A stretch of DNA of 64,000 nucleotides from a virus: the IMG/VR virus record IMGVR_UViG_3300023184_000046, positions 1 to 64,000 of that record, one strand, 5' to 3'. Position numbers and translations under genes: made by a program. Positions 1 to 9,647 of this stretch are shown in pieces (within the stretch, counting starts at the first letter, position 1; every line of letters begins with the position of its first letter). A model generated the notes under the pieces. That model was not told the origin of the DNA and made no database searches. It worked only from the letters and a program-made list of their open reading frames with translations.

Positions 1-281
<281 letters not shown>

Positions 282-344
282 TAAAAAACGATAATTATTT
301 ATTCGATTTTAACTGGATGTTTTTAATCGTAGATATTCTTATGT

Positions 345-533
345 TTATAACTTATAAAATTTAGGTTTAGGTTTTGGTTTTTTCTTATTATCAGTTGGTG
401 GTATATTACTAAAATCATGATTCAATGCTCCCATTGGGAAATTTCTTTGAATTAAAGCAGATATTGGTTGGCTTGAAACCATTGATTGGCTATCTGCTGC
501 TATTTCATTAAGGAATTGAAAAAATGATTTCAT
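345..533 (-). CDS. Small hypothetical protein with MKSFFQFLNE leader and basic KKKPKPKPK tail
   Basis: Start moved from 581 to ATG 533, which removes the overlap with the divergent gene; leader motif shared with other small genes. Confidence 0.6.
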   Translation of the reverse strand: MKSFFQFLNEIAADSQSMVSSQPISALIQRNFPMGALNHDFSNIPPTDNKKKPKPKPKFYKL

Positions 534-552
534 AATACTAATATATATTACT

Positions 553-1059
553 ATGAAACATAAAAATAACTGGAATGGCATATTAATTGTCGATAAAATT
601 ATTATTCAAAGAAATAATAAAATAATTTACAAAGAAGATAATATACAAAATATTTTTCATGCATCTGGACAGTATTTCTTTTTAGAGATATTATTTAAAA
701 ACTTTAAAAACCCAACCTCATATTATCTTGGGTTAGATAATAGAAATTCATTAACTTTAAATAATACCTTGCTTTCTTTAGAAGGAGAGCCTGTTGGCAA
801 AGGATATGCAAGACAAGGAGTATCTTTAAATAATTTTTCTATTAGTGTTGGACAGAATGGTAATTACAAAGCATCAGGTCCAACAGTAACTTTTAATGCT
901 ACTACAGATACTTGGGGGCCAGTACAGAATATATTTCTAACAAATGTTTCTTCTGGAACAGATGGATATTTAATATCTTCAGCAAAATTACTTGATCAAG
1001 TTACTGTTACACCAGCAGATAGTATTACTTTAAAATTTTCTTTTGCTTTTTCTAATTAA
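553..1059 (+). CDS. Putative virion structural (tail-associated) protein
   Basis: GYARQ...VTFNAT..WGPV..IFL...SG..G.L pattern recalled from phage tail-associated beta proteins. Confidence 0.5.
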   Translation: MKHKNNWNGILIVDKIIIQRNNKIIYKEDNIQNIFHASGQYFFLEILFKNFKNPTSYYLGLDNRNSLTLNNTLLSLEGEPVGKGYARQGVSLNNFSISVGQNGNYKASGPTVTFNATTDTWGPVQNIFLTNVSSGTDGYLISSAKLLDQVTVTPADSITLKFSFAFSN

Positions 1060-1441
1060 ATTTTAAATAAAAAGAATCAATTAATTCTTTTTCATTTATG
1101 AATTTTACATAATGAATAAATCTTACTTCTTCGCTATTTTTAAATTTATATGTATTTAAAGCTTCAATTTTATTTTTAACTATTGATCTTTTTGATTTTA
1201 AATTAATTTTATACATATTATTTTCGCAAGTTATTTTCTTTTCAGCTTTAACATCAAAAACAATTGAATATTTTGTGAAAACTTCTTCTATGTTGGTTTT
1301 GTGTTTTTTGTCAACATATTCTGATTCTATAAAATGACCATGAGAAATAAAATCTTGTTTATTTTTAAATGAAATATTGTTTTCTTCGTTCAATATTACT
1401 GTATGGCAAATTATATAAAATGAACTATTTTTTTTGTTCAA
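1052..1441 (-). CDS. Hypothetical protein
   Basis: ORF; probable TTG start at 1441 preceded by AAGGA. Confidence 0.55.
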   Translation of the reverse strand: MNKKNSSFYIICHTVILNEENNISFKNKQDFISHGHFIESEYVDKKHKTNIEEVFTKYSIVFDVKAEKKITCENNMYKINLKSKRSIVKNKIEALNTYKFKNSEEVRFIHYVKFINEKELIDSFYLKFN

Positions 1442-2216
1442 GTTTTCCTTTTCTATAAAATGGACAAATATCACTGTAATCACATCTAGCACAGTGAGGT
1501 CCAGTATTTCCAGTAACCGTATCTGGATCTTTATTTTTAATTTTATTATAAGTTTGAATTAATAATTTCTTGCAGTTATCTAAAGTATTATCATCAAAAC
1601 TAGCAGAAACCAATTCTGATCCTTCGAGATAAAAAAGTGCTAATTTAATATTAGAAGCATCTGCTTTAAATATTTCTTTTATAATTAAAGCATAAGTTTG
1701 CATTTGCAAATCACTTTTAATTGTAAACTTATTTTTCCTATACATGCCTTTTTTAGTTGTTTTATAATCAAGAATAAAATAAGTATCTTTCTTTTTTATT
1801 AACCTATCTATAAATCCAAGTATCTTTACATTATTAGGTGGATCTAAATCATGATCAAATTTAAATTCTAATTCACCATCAAATCCAATCATTTCAGTTA
1901 TTTTCTTAATTGCTCTAACATGATCGTTTAATTTATTCTGATATTCTCTTGGCAAAGAAATTTTTTCATTTTTATTTTCTTGTTTATCATTGTAATTAAT
2001 GTTTCCTTCAATAATATTTTTAATATAATATTCTAAAGTATTAGTGCCTTTAGATTCTACAAATAATTCTGCTCCTTTGTGAATTATTTGTCCATACGCA
2101 AAATAAATTGGTTGCGGTTTATTGGAAACTACATTAAGATGATATCGGTATTTATATTGCTGTTCGCATAAATCCCAACATTGTTTCCTGCTTACACTTA
2201 GGTGTGAAATATTCAT
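1425..2216 (-). CDS. PD-(D/E)XK nuclease, Cas4/AddB/RecB-like with 4-Cys Fe-S motif
   Basis: SVSR..CWDLC..QY, GFIDRL, ILDYKT, QMQTYA, C-terminal CARCDYSDIC. Confidence 0.85.
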   Translation of the reverse strand: MNISHLSVSRKQCWDLCEQQYKYRYHLNVVSNKPQPIYFAYGQIIHKGAELFVESKGTNTLEYYIKNIIEGNINYNDKQENKNEKISLPREYQNKLNDHVRAIKKITEMIGFDGELEFKFDHDLDPPNNVKILGFIDRLIKKKDTYFILDYKTTKKGMYRKNKFTIKSDLQMQTYALIIKEIFKADASNIKLALFYLEGSELVSASFDDNTLDNCKKLLIQTYNKIKNKDPDTVTGNTGPHCARCDYSDICPFYRKGKLEQKK

Positions 2217-2244
2217 ACTTTATTTTAGGCTAGGTAAAAAAATT

Positions 2245-3246
2245 ATGCAAATTGAATTTGATGCTTTTCTTGATTGGGCTAATAAAAGATTTTCAAATGT
2301 TTTGATAAAAGGCAATGAAATAAGGCTTAATTCTATCTTTACAGAAGATAAAGGTCATCATTTATGGTGTAGCCCAAGTGGTGGTAAAAAAAGCGTTGAA
2401 TTTGGCGTTTATCATTGTTTTAAAACAGATAAAAAAGGAACTTTGATTAATTTGGTGATGGATGTTGAAAAATGTGATTTTTATACAGCATTGAGAGTAT
2501 TAAGAGGATCAGCTAGGGTAACAAATAAAGAGTTGATTGAAATATTAGATTTATCAGAAAAAAATATTAATAATAAAAAAAATGAAATAAAACTACCAGA
2601 TTATTGCGAAAAGATAAATGAATTTTCAAATCATAAAATTCATTTAAATGCAATTGATTATTTAAATAAAAGGAAAATTGATTTCAATGATTTTTATGTT
2701 TGTCATGATGGAAATTACAAAAATCGAATCATAATACCGTATTTTGATTTTCAAAAGAGATTGATTTATTTTAATTCAAGGGCTTTATATGAAACAAGAT
2801 TAAGATATTTGGGACCGCCAAAAACAATAGGAGTTGGCAAAGAAGATGTGTTGTATTTCCCAGAGATACCTAGAAGTAAAAAAATATATTTAACTGAAGG
2901 TGAGTTTGATGCATATAGTTTGTTTTCAGCTGGGTTAAATAGTGCAGCTTGTGGAGGTAAAAATTTATCAGATATACAAGCTTCTGTTCTTTCTAAATTC
3001 AGTATATGTTTATGCTTGGATTTAGACAAAGCTGGAACTGCTGCTTTAAAAAGCATGAAAACAAAGCTTGATTCTTTTAATTCATCACCTGAAGAAAACA
3101 GAATTACAATAATAAGGCCAGCAGAAGGATATAAAGATTGGAATGAAATGTTAATAAAGTTTAATAAAGATGTAATTAAATCTTATGTTGAAAAATTTGA
3201 AAGACCTTTTGATTTAAATAGTTTAGGAGATTTAAATGAATTCTGA
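2245..3246 (+). CDS. DNA primase (DnaG-type Toprim)
   Basis: YHCF in the N-terminal zinc-binding region, RIIIP, EGEFDA, LDLDKAG, KDWNE. Confidence 0.85.
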   Translation: MQIEFDAFLDWANKRFSNVLIKGNEIRLNSIFTEDKGHHLWCSPSGGKKSVEFGVYHCFKTDKKGTLINLVMDVEKCDFYTALRVLRGSARVTNKELIEILDLSEKNINNKKNEIKLPDYCEKINEFSNHKIHLNAIDYLNKRKIDFNDFYVCHDGNYKNRIIIPYFDFQKRLIYFNSRALYETRLRYLGPPKTIGVGKEDVLYFPEIPRSKKIYLTEGEFDAYSLFSAGLNSAACGGKNLSDIQASVLSKFSICLCLDLDKAGTAALKSMKTKLDSFNSSPEENRITIIRPAEGYKDWNEMLIKFNKDVIKSYVEKFERPFDLNSLGDLNEF

Positions 3247-3568
3247 AATTGTTAACTTTTTTTTAAACAAGGTTTGTACTATTTTTTTGACTAAAATTAA
3301 TAGAAAATTCAATGAAGAGCAAAATATTAATTATTTTGTTGGAAGAGTTTTAGAAATTAATAAAGATGGTATATTGATTGAACATATTGGAAATAAATGT
3401 AAGAGTTTTTTTTACACACATTCAATAATAGGAATAGCTGAAGAAAGTTTTATTTCATCTGGTGAAAAAGAAAATCTGAAAACCACTGATGCCAAAAAAG
3501 AAACAGTTAAAAATAATGTTAATTTCTATGATAATATTGATAATCTAACAGATGTTTTAGATAAATAA
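3236..3568 (+). CDS. Hypothetical protein
   Basis: ORF overlapping the primase stop, AGGAG SD. Confidence 0.7.
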   Translation: MNSEIVNFFLNKVCTIFLTKINRKFNEEQNINYFVGRVLEINKDGILIEHIGNKCKSFFYTHSIIGIAEESFISSGEKENLKTTDAKKETVKNNVNFYDNIDNLTDVLDK

Positions 3569-3569
3569 A

Positions 3570-4481
3570 TTATTTTGGAAATAACAATGTTAAAACATCT
3601 CGTATGTGGTATGAATCTCCATTTTTGTCATATTCTTCAATATGCTTGGTAATTTTATTTTTAAATCCTTTATCATCACCATCAGAAATAATCTTTTTTA
3701 ATAAATGAATCAAATTATCTTTATTTTCATTAATCTTAGTTTGAAAATATGTTTTTACTTTTTGGCCCTCTTCTCCTTTGCTATTTAACCTAGTTGAGTA
3801 ATTAAAAGTTGATATTATTTCATTTAATAGGTTGTTTGCTTTTTCTTCTTGTATTTTTTCAATTTCTTCTAAAGATGGTGCTGGAGGCAATGATTTTGGT
3901 TTTCTAGATTTTTTTTGAGGTGGGGTTTCTTTATTTTTTTCTCCTAAATCATCATCTTTAGATTGAGGAGATTCAGAATTTATTGTTTGGTTATTTTTTG
4001 GATTAATTTCTGAATTAGCTCTGTTTGTTCCAAGTTCCCAAGATTTTTTTTGTTGCTTTAATTGATCACAATTTTGTGATTCTTCATAAAGAGCACTAAC
4101 ATTTAATTCAATAGCACTAAGTTTTTCTACAAACATTCTTATTATTTTAAATTTCTCATCACTTATTGTTTTTTTATTACTTGAATTCCACTCTTCCATA
4201 GCTGAAGTGATTCTATTAAATATATCCGTTGTTACATAATTAACATCAAGTGATTTGATTTCAGGTCTTTTTTTAAATATTTTTTCAAATACACTTCTTT
4301 TATCTGGAAATTCTATCGTTTCAGACGGCTTTAATTTTAATTTTAAAAAGTTAATAAAATCTTTATCAGCAGAAGAGTTTATGAGTTTATTTATAAATTT
4401 AGATCCTTCAAATATTATAAAGCTTTTCAATGCTCGTATATCATTTACGATTTTATCTATTTCATTGTATAAAGTATCCAT
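3570..4481 (-). CDS. Hypothetical protein
   Basis: 303-aa ORF, no recognisable motif. Confidence 0.7.
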   Translation of the reverse strand: MDTLYNEIDKIVNDIRALKSFIIFEGSKFINKLINSSADKDFINFLKLKLKPSETIEFPDKRSVFEKIFKKRPEIKSLDVNYVTTDIFNRITSAMEEWNSSNKKTISDEKFKIIRMFVEKLSAIELNVSALYEESQNCDQLKQQKKSWELGTNRANSEINPKNNQTINSESPQSKDDDLGEKNKETPPQKKSRKPKSLPPAPSLEEIEKIQEEKANNLLNEIISTFNYSTRLNSKGEEGQKVKTYFQTKINENKDNLIHLLKKIISDGDDKGFKNKITKHIEEYDKNGDSYHIRDVLTLLFPK

Positions 4482-4484
4482 GAT

Positions 4485-4955
4485 TTATATATTATTATTT
4501 TTGAAAAAGCTGCCTATTTTTTTCAAAGACATTATTTTTGAATCAAAATCATGAAACTCACTATTTGTGTATTGTAGATTAAATTCATTGAATTGATTTT
4601 CTTCTTCTTGAGATGTAATGTCAAAATAATAATTTTTACCTAATTTGCTTGTCAATTTAAACTTGTGCATTAAAAGATAAGCAGCTACACCTAAATCACT
4701 AACATAGTTTTTAGAAAAATTCGAATGATTGAAATTAAAATCTTGTAGTTTTTTTAATCCCATTAAACAATGATCAAAATAATGAAATTCACTAAAGAGA
4801 TAATTAACAATTAATTCATCAAATTTAGTTTCATTTTGTTTTTCTATTTCAAAATAAAAAGTTTTTTCTTTTTTACCTAAGAGGTTGAACTTATTCATTA
4901 ATAAGTAAGCAGAAACCCCTAAATCAGCTTGTTGTTTAACTATTTTATTGCTCAT
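4485..4955 (-). CDS. Tandem two-domain protein, DUF5659-like
   Basis: Two internal copies of DLGV(S/A)AYLLM.KF.L...FH.FD..(L/I)M.LKK; ATG 4955 overlaps the actin stop (ATGA). Confidence 0.6.
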   Translation of the reverse strand: MSNKIVKQQADLGVSAYLLMNKFNLLGKKEKTFYFEIEKQNETKFDELIVNYLFSEFHYFDHCLMGLKKLQDFNFNHSNFSKNYVSDLGVAAYLLMHKFKLTSKLGKNYYFDITSQEEENQFNEFNLQYTNSEFHDFDSKIMSLKKIGSFFKNNNI

Positions 4956-5962
4956 GTAAGTGAAGCCTCTGCTGCTATGTAACAACCCCTTGCTACGCTA
5001 AATAAAGGATCTGGCGGTCTAATGACATTTCCAATTGGAATGCTTAAATCTGCACTTTTAATTGTTTGCTCAAATATTTCTGCGAATCCATCAATGCTTG
5101 AAGTACCACCAGCAACAATGAAATCAATAGGCTCGGCAATACGCACTGATTTACCAGCATTTGCAAGGCCATTTTTAATACCAACTACGGTTTTTTCAAT
5201 CATTAGCTTATATTGAGTTTGAATTGCTCTTTCAATCAAATTTACTGGTTCTTTATTTAAACTTACTTTCATTTTTTCTTTGTTAATAAAAGTAGGATTT
5301 TCTCCAGTTGCTTTTGCTGCTTGTTTGTCAATCCAATCGCCTGAATTTACAATTGCAAATTGAAAAATTGGATTTCCATACATTGCAAAACAAACATTTA
5401 CCATACCGCCTCCACACGAACATGCAATTCCTGTGAAATTTTTATTTCCTAATTCAGCATATACTAATGCTAATGCTTCATTAATTGGTCTGGCTTCTAG
5501 TTTTGAACCATTATTAGATTCATAAGCATTAAAAATGGCCTGTAAAACCTTGCCGTGATAATCAGCATCTGTTTCTAAATTAATTGCATTTGCTGGAACG
5601 CAATAATAAAGTAACGCATTATCAGTAAGTTCACCAATTAAACTGTGAATCATAATGGATAGAATTTGAAAAGCGTCTTTTTCTTTGGGATTTACACACC
5701 CATCACACATAGGCCTTTTAAGTTCTAAACTAGGAAGAGTATAGGCCATGTTTACAGCAGATTCTCCTAATGCATAAGCAACTTTTCCTTTTTCAATCAA
5801 AGGAACGCCTGCATTTTTCATCATGTTAAAAACAAACCTATTATCCAAAGGAAGTTCTAAAAAAGCATTAATTTCTTTTTTGTAAGAAAATTCATCTTTT
5901 TCTTTTTTACTGCAAACTAATGTATAAGTTCCAACATCAAACCCAAGTATTGATTTTGCCAT
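4952..5962 (-). CDS. Actin-superfamily ATPase (volactin/MamK/MreB-like)
   Basis: Phosphate-1 GFDVGT, RPMCDG, connect-1 INEALA, phosphate-2 SCGGGMVN, adenosine VAGGTS, connect-2 PLFSVARG. Confidence 0.9.
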   Translation of the reverse strand: MAKSILGFDVGTYTLVCSKKEKDEFSYKKEINAFLELPLDNRFVFNMMKNAGVPLIEKGKVAYALGESAVNMAYTLPSLELKRPMCDGCVNPKEKDAFQILSIMIHSLIGELTDNALLYYCVPANAINLETDADYHGKVLQAIFNAYESNNGSKLEARPINEALALVYAELGNKNFTGIACSCGGGMVNVCFAMYGNPIFQFAIVNSGDWIDKQAAKATGENPTFINKEKMKVSLNKEPVNLIERAIQTQYKLMIEKTVVGIKNGLANAGKSVRIAEPIDFIVAGGTSSIDGFAEIFEQTIKSADLSIPIGNVIRPPDPLFSVARGCYIAAEASLT

Positions 5963-5976
5963 TTTAATTTTTCCTT

Positions 5977-6225
5977 TTATTTTCCAAAATTTATATTACT
6001 TGCCTTTGTAGATTTAAAATCAGGTATTTCCCACATGGGTTTTTCTTCTTTTTCTTCAGTTTTATTGCTAGTTGAATTTATAATAGTATTTTGTGGTAAA
6101 TTTTGATTTATAAAATTGCTATTACCTCCTGTAAGATTAATATTTACATCTAAGGTAATGTGAAATGTACATTCTCCATCTTTGGTTGAAATCTTAACTT
6201 TGTTATTATCAATTTTGTATACCAT
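5977..6225 (-). CDS. Small hypothetical protein upstream of the actin
   Basis: 82 aa: N-terminal beta segment, disordered linker, C-terminal WEIPDF. Confidence 0.65.
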   Translation of the reverse strand: MVYKIDNNKVKISTKDGECTFHITLDVNINLTGGNSNFINQNLPQNTIINSTSNKTEEKEEKPMWEIPDFKSTKASNINFGK

Positions 6226-6226
6226 A

Positions 6227-7192
6227 TCAAAGATATTTATGTATCAGCAAGTCAATTTTTTCTTTTATTTCTTTATCTGATAACTCAGAAACACAAGGTT
6301 TGTTGTTTATTACACTAGTTTTAGTACAAGCACCATAATTCCAACAAGGTCCGCAATCCCAGTTTCCATCTTTGCGATGCTTTTGAAGAATTATTGTATT
6401 TTTATAATATTTAGAATAAACATATCCATCTACATAGCTAAATATTGCTAAATTTGGCTTGTTTAAACCACCAGAGCAATGTAAATGTCCTGTGTCAACA
6501 GTAATAGTTGCATCAGATAAATAATGTGTTGCAATGACATCATCAAATGAATTTATACACATGAATGGATAACCTTTTCCTATCAAATTTAAATTTATTT
6601 GATGATGAATCAATATGCAATTTAAGCTTTTTCCATATAAATAATTTAATATAAATTCAATTTGAGAAACCAACAAATCTTTTGCTGGTTGAGCAGAAAA
6701 AGGGCAAAGTAGTATTACTGGAGATTTTGGAAATATTTTATATCTTTGCATTATGCTTTTAACTTTACTCAAGCTTTCTTCTTTAACAGACAAATGCATA
6801 TTGTGATTTTCTAATTTAATTCCACAATGTTCTGCCCATATATCACTACGATGGGTTACGCATTCTGTTAAATATTTCCATTCATGTCTAATGCAAGCAT
6901 TTTTAAGATCAAATATTTTAATAAAATTATTTTTATTTATTAATGCAGAATCTGATATCTCATCTATGTATGGATGTGATCCAATAGAATGATATGCTCT
7001 TGGAATTGACCAATTAATATAAAAATGAGGATATTTTTTCTTAATATCTTCAAACATCATTCTCATCATAAGTATGTCGCCAAATCCGCCCATTTCTCTT
7101 AAAAAAAGAATATTCTTACGCTTGGCATAATATTCATCCATGGTGTTTACATGAACTTTATTATTTGGCTTTTTAATTAAGCATTTAAGCAT
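6227..7192 (-). CDS. Glycosyltransferase family 9 (heptosyltransferase-like)
   Basis: GGFGDILM, TVDTGHLH..GG...P.LAIF, C-terminal CGPCW..C..C. Confidence 0.8.
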   Translation of the reverse strand: MLKCLIKKPNNKVHVNTMDEYYAKRKNILFLREMGGFGDILMMRMMFEDIKKKYPHFYINWSIPRAYHSIGSHPYIDEISDSALINKNNFIKIFDLKNACIRHEWKYLTECVTHRSDIWAEHCGIKLENHNMHLSVKEESLSKVKSIMQRYKIFPKSPVILLCPFSAQPAKDLLVSQIEFILNYLYGKSLNCILIHHQINLNLIGKGYPFMCINSFDDVIATHYLSDATITVDTGHLHCSGGLNKPNLAIFSYVDGYVYSKYYKNTIILQKHRKDGNWDCGPCWNYGACTKTSVINNKPCVSELSDKEIKEKIDLLIHKYL

Positions 7193-7223
7193 AACTTATT
7201 ATACTTATTTAATGGCTATAAAT

Positions 7224-7255
7224 AAAATAAGCCACTTTAAAAAGTGGCTTATTTT
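7224..7255 (-). terminator. Intrinsic terminator after 7272..7838
   Basis: AAAATAAGCCACTT-TAAA-AAGTGGCTTATTTT inverted repeat. Confidence 0.75.
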
Positions 7256-7271
7256 CAAAGTTTTTTAAAAA

Positions 7272-7838
7272 TTAAGAGTATGAAATGCTTTTAACACCAG
7301 CAATTATTTGTACAGAAGTACTACCACTGCTAGCAGCAGAAAATCCAAGGCTAGTAATTTGTAAATCGCCATTGTTAAAGGTTTGAGTGTTTCCATTAGG
7401 AATAGTAAGCTGTGCAGAAGATAATCCATTAAGTTCACATACTACATCATCTCCGCCATTATTACTAATTTGAATAAACGAAGCAAATGAATTGTAAAGA
7501 GTTAAATAATTAATTGCTTCAACTATCGAAGTTGTTACAGTAGTAACATTGGTTACTACTGGGAAAGTATTTTCGCTAGGATCATTGCTGAATATAGATC
7601 CATCATCAGAAAGAACTTCAACTATTGCATTTTCACGAGAAACTTGAGGATATGCAAATCTCTTCCAGTAATTACAATCAATGAAAGTAGAGCCATCAAT
7701 CAATTCACGATAAACACCATTTGGACCAGCAACAAACATTCCTCTTTGAACCGAAGGAATCAATTGTAATCCATTGGCTGGATTAGTATCTAATTTTCCT
7801 TGATCTATATTATTAAGTGCAACTTTAAATTCGCTCAT
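7272..7838 (-). CDS. Hypothetical protein, probably an abundant virion protein
   Basis: Strong AAGGAG SD, own terminator, S/T/N/G-rich beta-like composition. Confidence 0.6.
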   Translation of the reverse strand: MSEFKVALNNIDQGKLDTNPANGLQLIPSVQRGMFVAGPNGVYRELIDGSTFIDCNYWKRFAYPQVSRENAIVEVLSDDGSIFSNDPSENTFPVVTNVTTVTTSIVEAINYLTLYNSFASFIQISNNGGDDVVCELNGLSSAQLTIPNGNTQTFNNGDLQITSLGFSAASSGSTSVQIIAGVKSISYS

Positions 7839-7898
7839 GATTTCTCCTTTGAAATTTACATTATATAATTTTTACAATTATCTAAGTTATATATTAAC

Positions 7899-8510
7899 TC
7901 AAGGATTAAAAATGATATTTTTAGGAAAAATTTTATTATATATATCTCTTGAATATCCTTCGTCTACCAAAAAAGTTTCTAGCCCTTTATAGGCTGCGAG
8001 AAATATTTCAGCAGATGCTAGCCCAGCTACACAACTAATATTATTGTAATTTATTAATTCATTGTCTTTTATGACTTCGTATCCCTTGCTTGAAATATAT
8101 TCTTTCAACTTATTTATCTTGTTTTCTGATAAAGACATGTGAATGTTTTTGCTAATTAACAAACATTTTCTTGAATTGTTTTTTGGTAGATGATCTTTCT
8201 CTATTTCAAAGTTTATTTTTAAACTATTAAAAAGCGGTAGTAAAGGATGTGTTTTGAGGTTTTCCTTGCATTCAAATATACATCCAAATTTATTTTTATT
8301 TTCAATTAAGCAATCATAATTTATTACATTTTTCTGTTTAGAGAAAAATTCTACCATCCTATTATTAAAAGCATAGAATATTTTTAATTCTGGAAAGCTT
8401 ATTTCAAGGTTTTTCCTTATTAAACATAATATTGTTGGTATTTCATTGTCGTGATTTAAATATGATATGCAGTAATTATTATATATCATATTATAATTTT
8501 CAATAATCAT
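7899..8510 (-). CDS. Hypothetical protein, possibly a degenerate GT-B/GT9-like fold
   Basis: ORF; weak VAGLASAEIFLAAY.G segment echoing the GT9 D(S/T)G..HLA motif. Confidence 0.5.
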   Translation of the reverse strand: MIIENYNMIYNNYCISYLNHDNEIPTILCLIRKNLEISFPELKIFYAFNNRMVEFFSKQKNVINYDCLIENKNKFGCIFECKENLKTHPLLPLFNSLKINFEIEKDHLPKNNSRKCLLISKNIHMSLSENKINKLKEYISSKGYEVIKDNELINYNNISCVAGLASAEIFLAAYKGLETFLVDEGYSRDIYNKIFPKNIIFNP

Positions 8511-8520
8511 ATATAATTAT

Positions 8521-8694
8521 ATGGAAGAAAAAGAAAATGATATTGATATTTTAAATCAAAGTTTAGAAGCTTTGAATATTATTATTAAAGAAGACTTTCA
8601 AGACAACGAGGAACTTTTTTCTAAGTTAATAGAAGTTATTCAATCAAAAGGCAAAATTAATGAAGCATTTTTTATACCTGTGCAAGAGAGATAA
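8521..8694 (+). CDS. Small acidic hypothetical protein (57 aa, absent from the ORF track)
   Basis: ATG 8521 to TAA 8694 (MEEKENDIDILNQSLEAL...PVQER); fills the gap before 8660. Confidence 0.6.
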   Translation: MEEKENDIDILNQSLEALNIIIKEDFQDNEELFSKLIEVIQSKGKINEAFFIPVQER

Positions 8695-9004
8695 AAAAGG
8701 AGTCGTATTATTACTGACTTTAAATGGTAGTCAAGTGCCTAAAACATTTCTTTCTGATTTTGAAATTTTAGGATTACCAGAAAATATTAAAACAAAATGT
8801 GAAAATTATTATAATTCTTTAAGATTAACTTGGCAGATTATAATAGAATCTTCTAATAGTTTTGATGAAATTAAAAAAAGACTTCATAGAAATGGTTATA
8901 AAAATATTCAAATTGATAACTCTCCTTTGTTTCTAAATTTAGAAACATCAAATCAAAAGATTTTTGAAAAAATTCCTAGAATTATGTTGCAAAAAAAAAT
9001 ATAG
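8660..9004 (+). CDS. Hypothetical protein
   Basis: 114-aa ORF. Confidence 0.65.
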   Translation: MKHFLYLCKRDKKGVVLLLTLNGSQVPKTFLSDFEILGLPENIKTKCENYYNSLRLTWQIIIESSNSFDEIKKRLHRNGYKNIQIDNSPLFLNLETSNQKIFEKIPRIMLQKKI

Positions 9005-9060
9005 CCATTAAGATTCTTAAAGTGTTGATTTAATTTGTAAAAAGACATGGAGGTATTCAT

Positions 9061-9603
9061 ATGTCTAGTTCAGCAAAGAGTATTTTTGGTTTTGTTTTCT
9101 TTATCGCAGTGGCTTCTTATGCTGGTTATGCCCATTATCAATTAGGCAAGCTTCAGATGATTAATAAAATTGGTTCTGAAGTTCGTTATCTCACAGAAGA
9201 TAGTTTTAAAGAGCTATTCATGATAACAATGAATAACATTCGTGATAATCAACTTGAGAACATTAAAAATACTGGGAAGATAGAAGGTATGTTGGCGGTA
9301 ATTTCAAATCAAAAACCACAAGATAGCGAAACATCAGCACTATGGCATGCTGGTTATTACAGAGGAATTGACCAAAGTCAGGATATGGCTGCAATTTCTT
9401 ATGAAACTGGATACCATGCTGCTTTAGATGATATTGATTGTCCTGCAAATAAAAGACCTAATTCTGGTACTATAAAAGCTAAGAGTCCTTACAATAAGGA
9501 TTCATTAGAATCAGAAGAAGGAAAGAAAATTCAGCCTGTTTCTAACAATGATGGAAATGCTAAACCAAAAATTACTCCTTTATCTGATACACCAAAGAAG
9601 TAA
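9061..9603 (+). CDS. Membrane-anchored hypothetical protein
   Basis: GGAGGT SD; N-terminal hydrophobic helix IFGFVFFIAVASYAGY; repeated GY motifs (HAGYYRG, ETGYHAA). Confidence 0.7.
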   Translation: MSSSAKSIFGFVFFIAVASYAGYAHYQLGKLQMINKIGSEVRYLTEDSFKELFMITMNNIRDNQLENIKNTGKIEGMLAVISNQKPQDSETSALWHAGYYRGIDQSQDMAAISYETGYHAALDDIDCPANKRPNSGTIKAKSPYNKDSLESEEGKKIQPVSNNDGNAKPKITPLSDTPKK

Positions 9604-9614
9604 TTTTAATTTTT

Positions 9615-9647
9615 AAAAGCACCAAGGTTTAACTTTGGTGCTTTTTT
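9615..9647. terminator. Bidirectional intrinsic terminator
   Basis: AAAAGCACCAAGG-TTTAA-CTTTGGTGCTTTTTT between convergent genes. Confidence 0.75.

Noticed and set aside
1425-2216. CRISPR-Cas locus
   Set aside because: Only a solo Cas4-like nuclease; no cas1/cas2 or repeat-spacer array seen.
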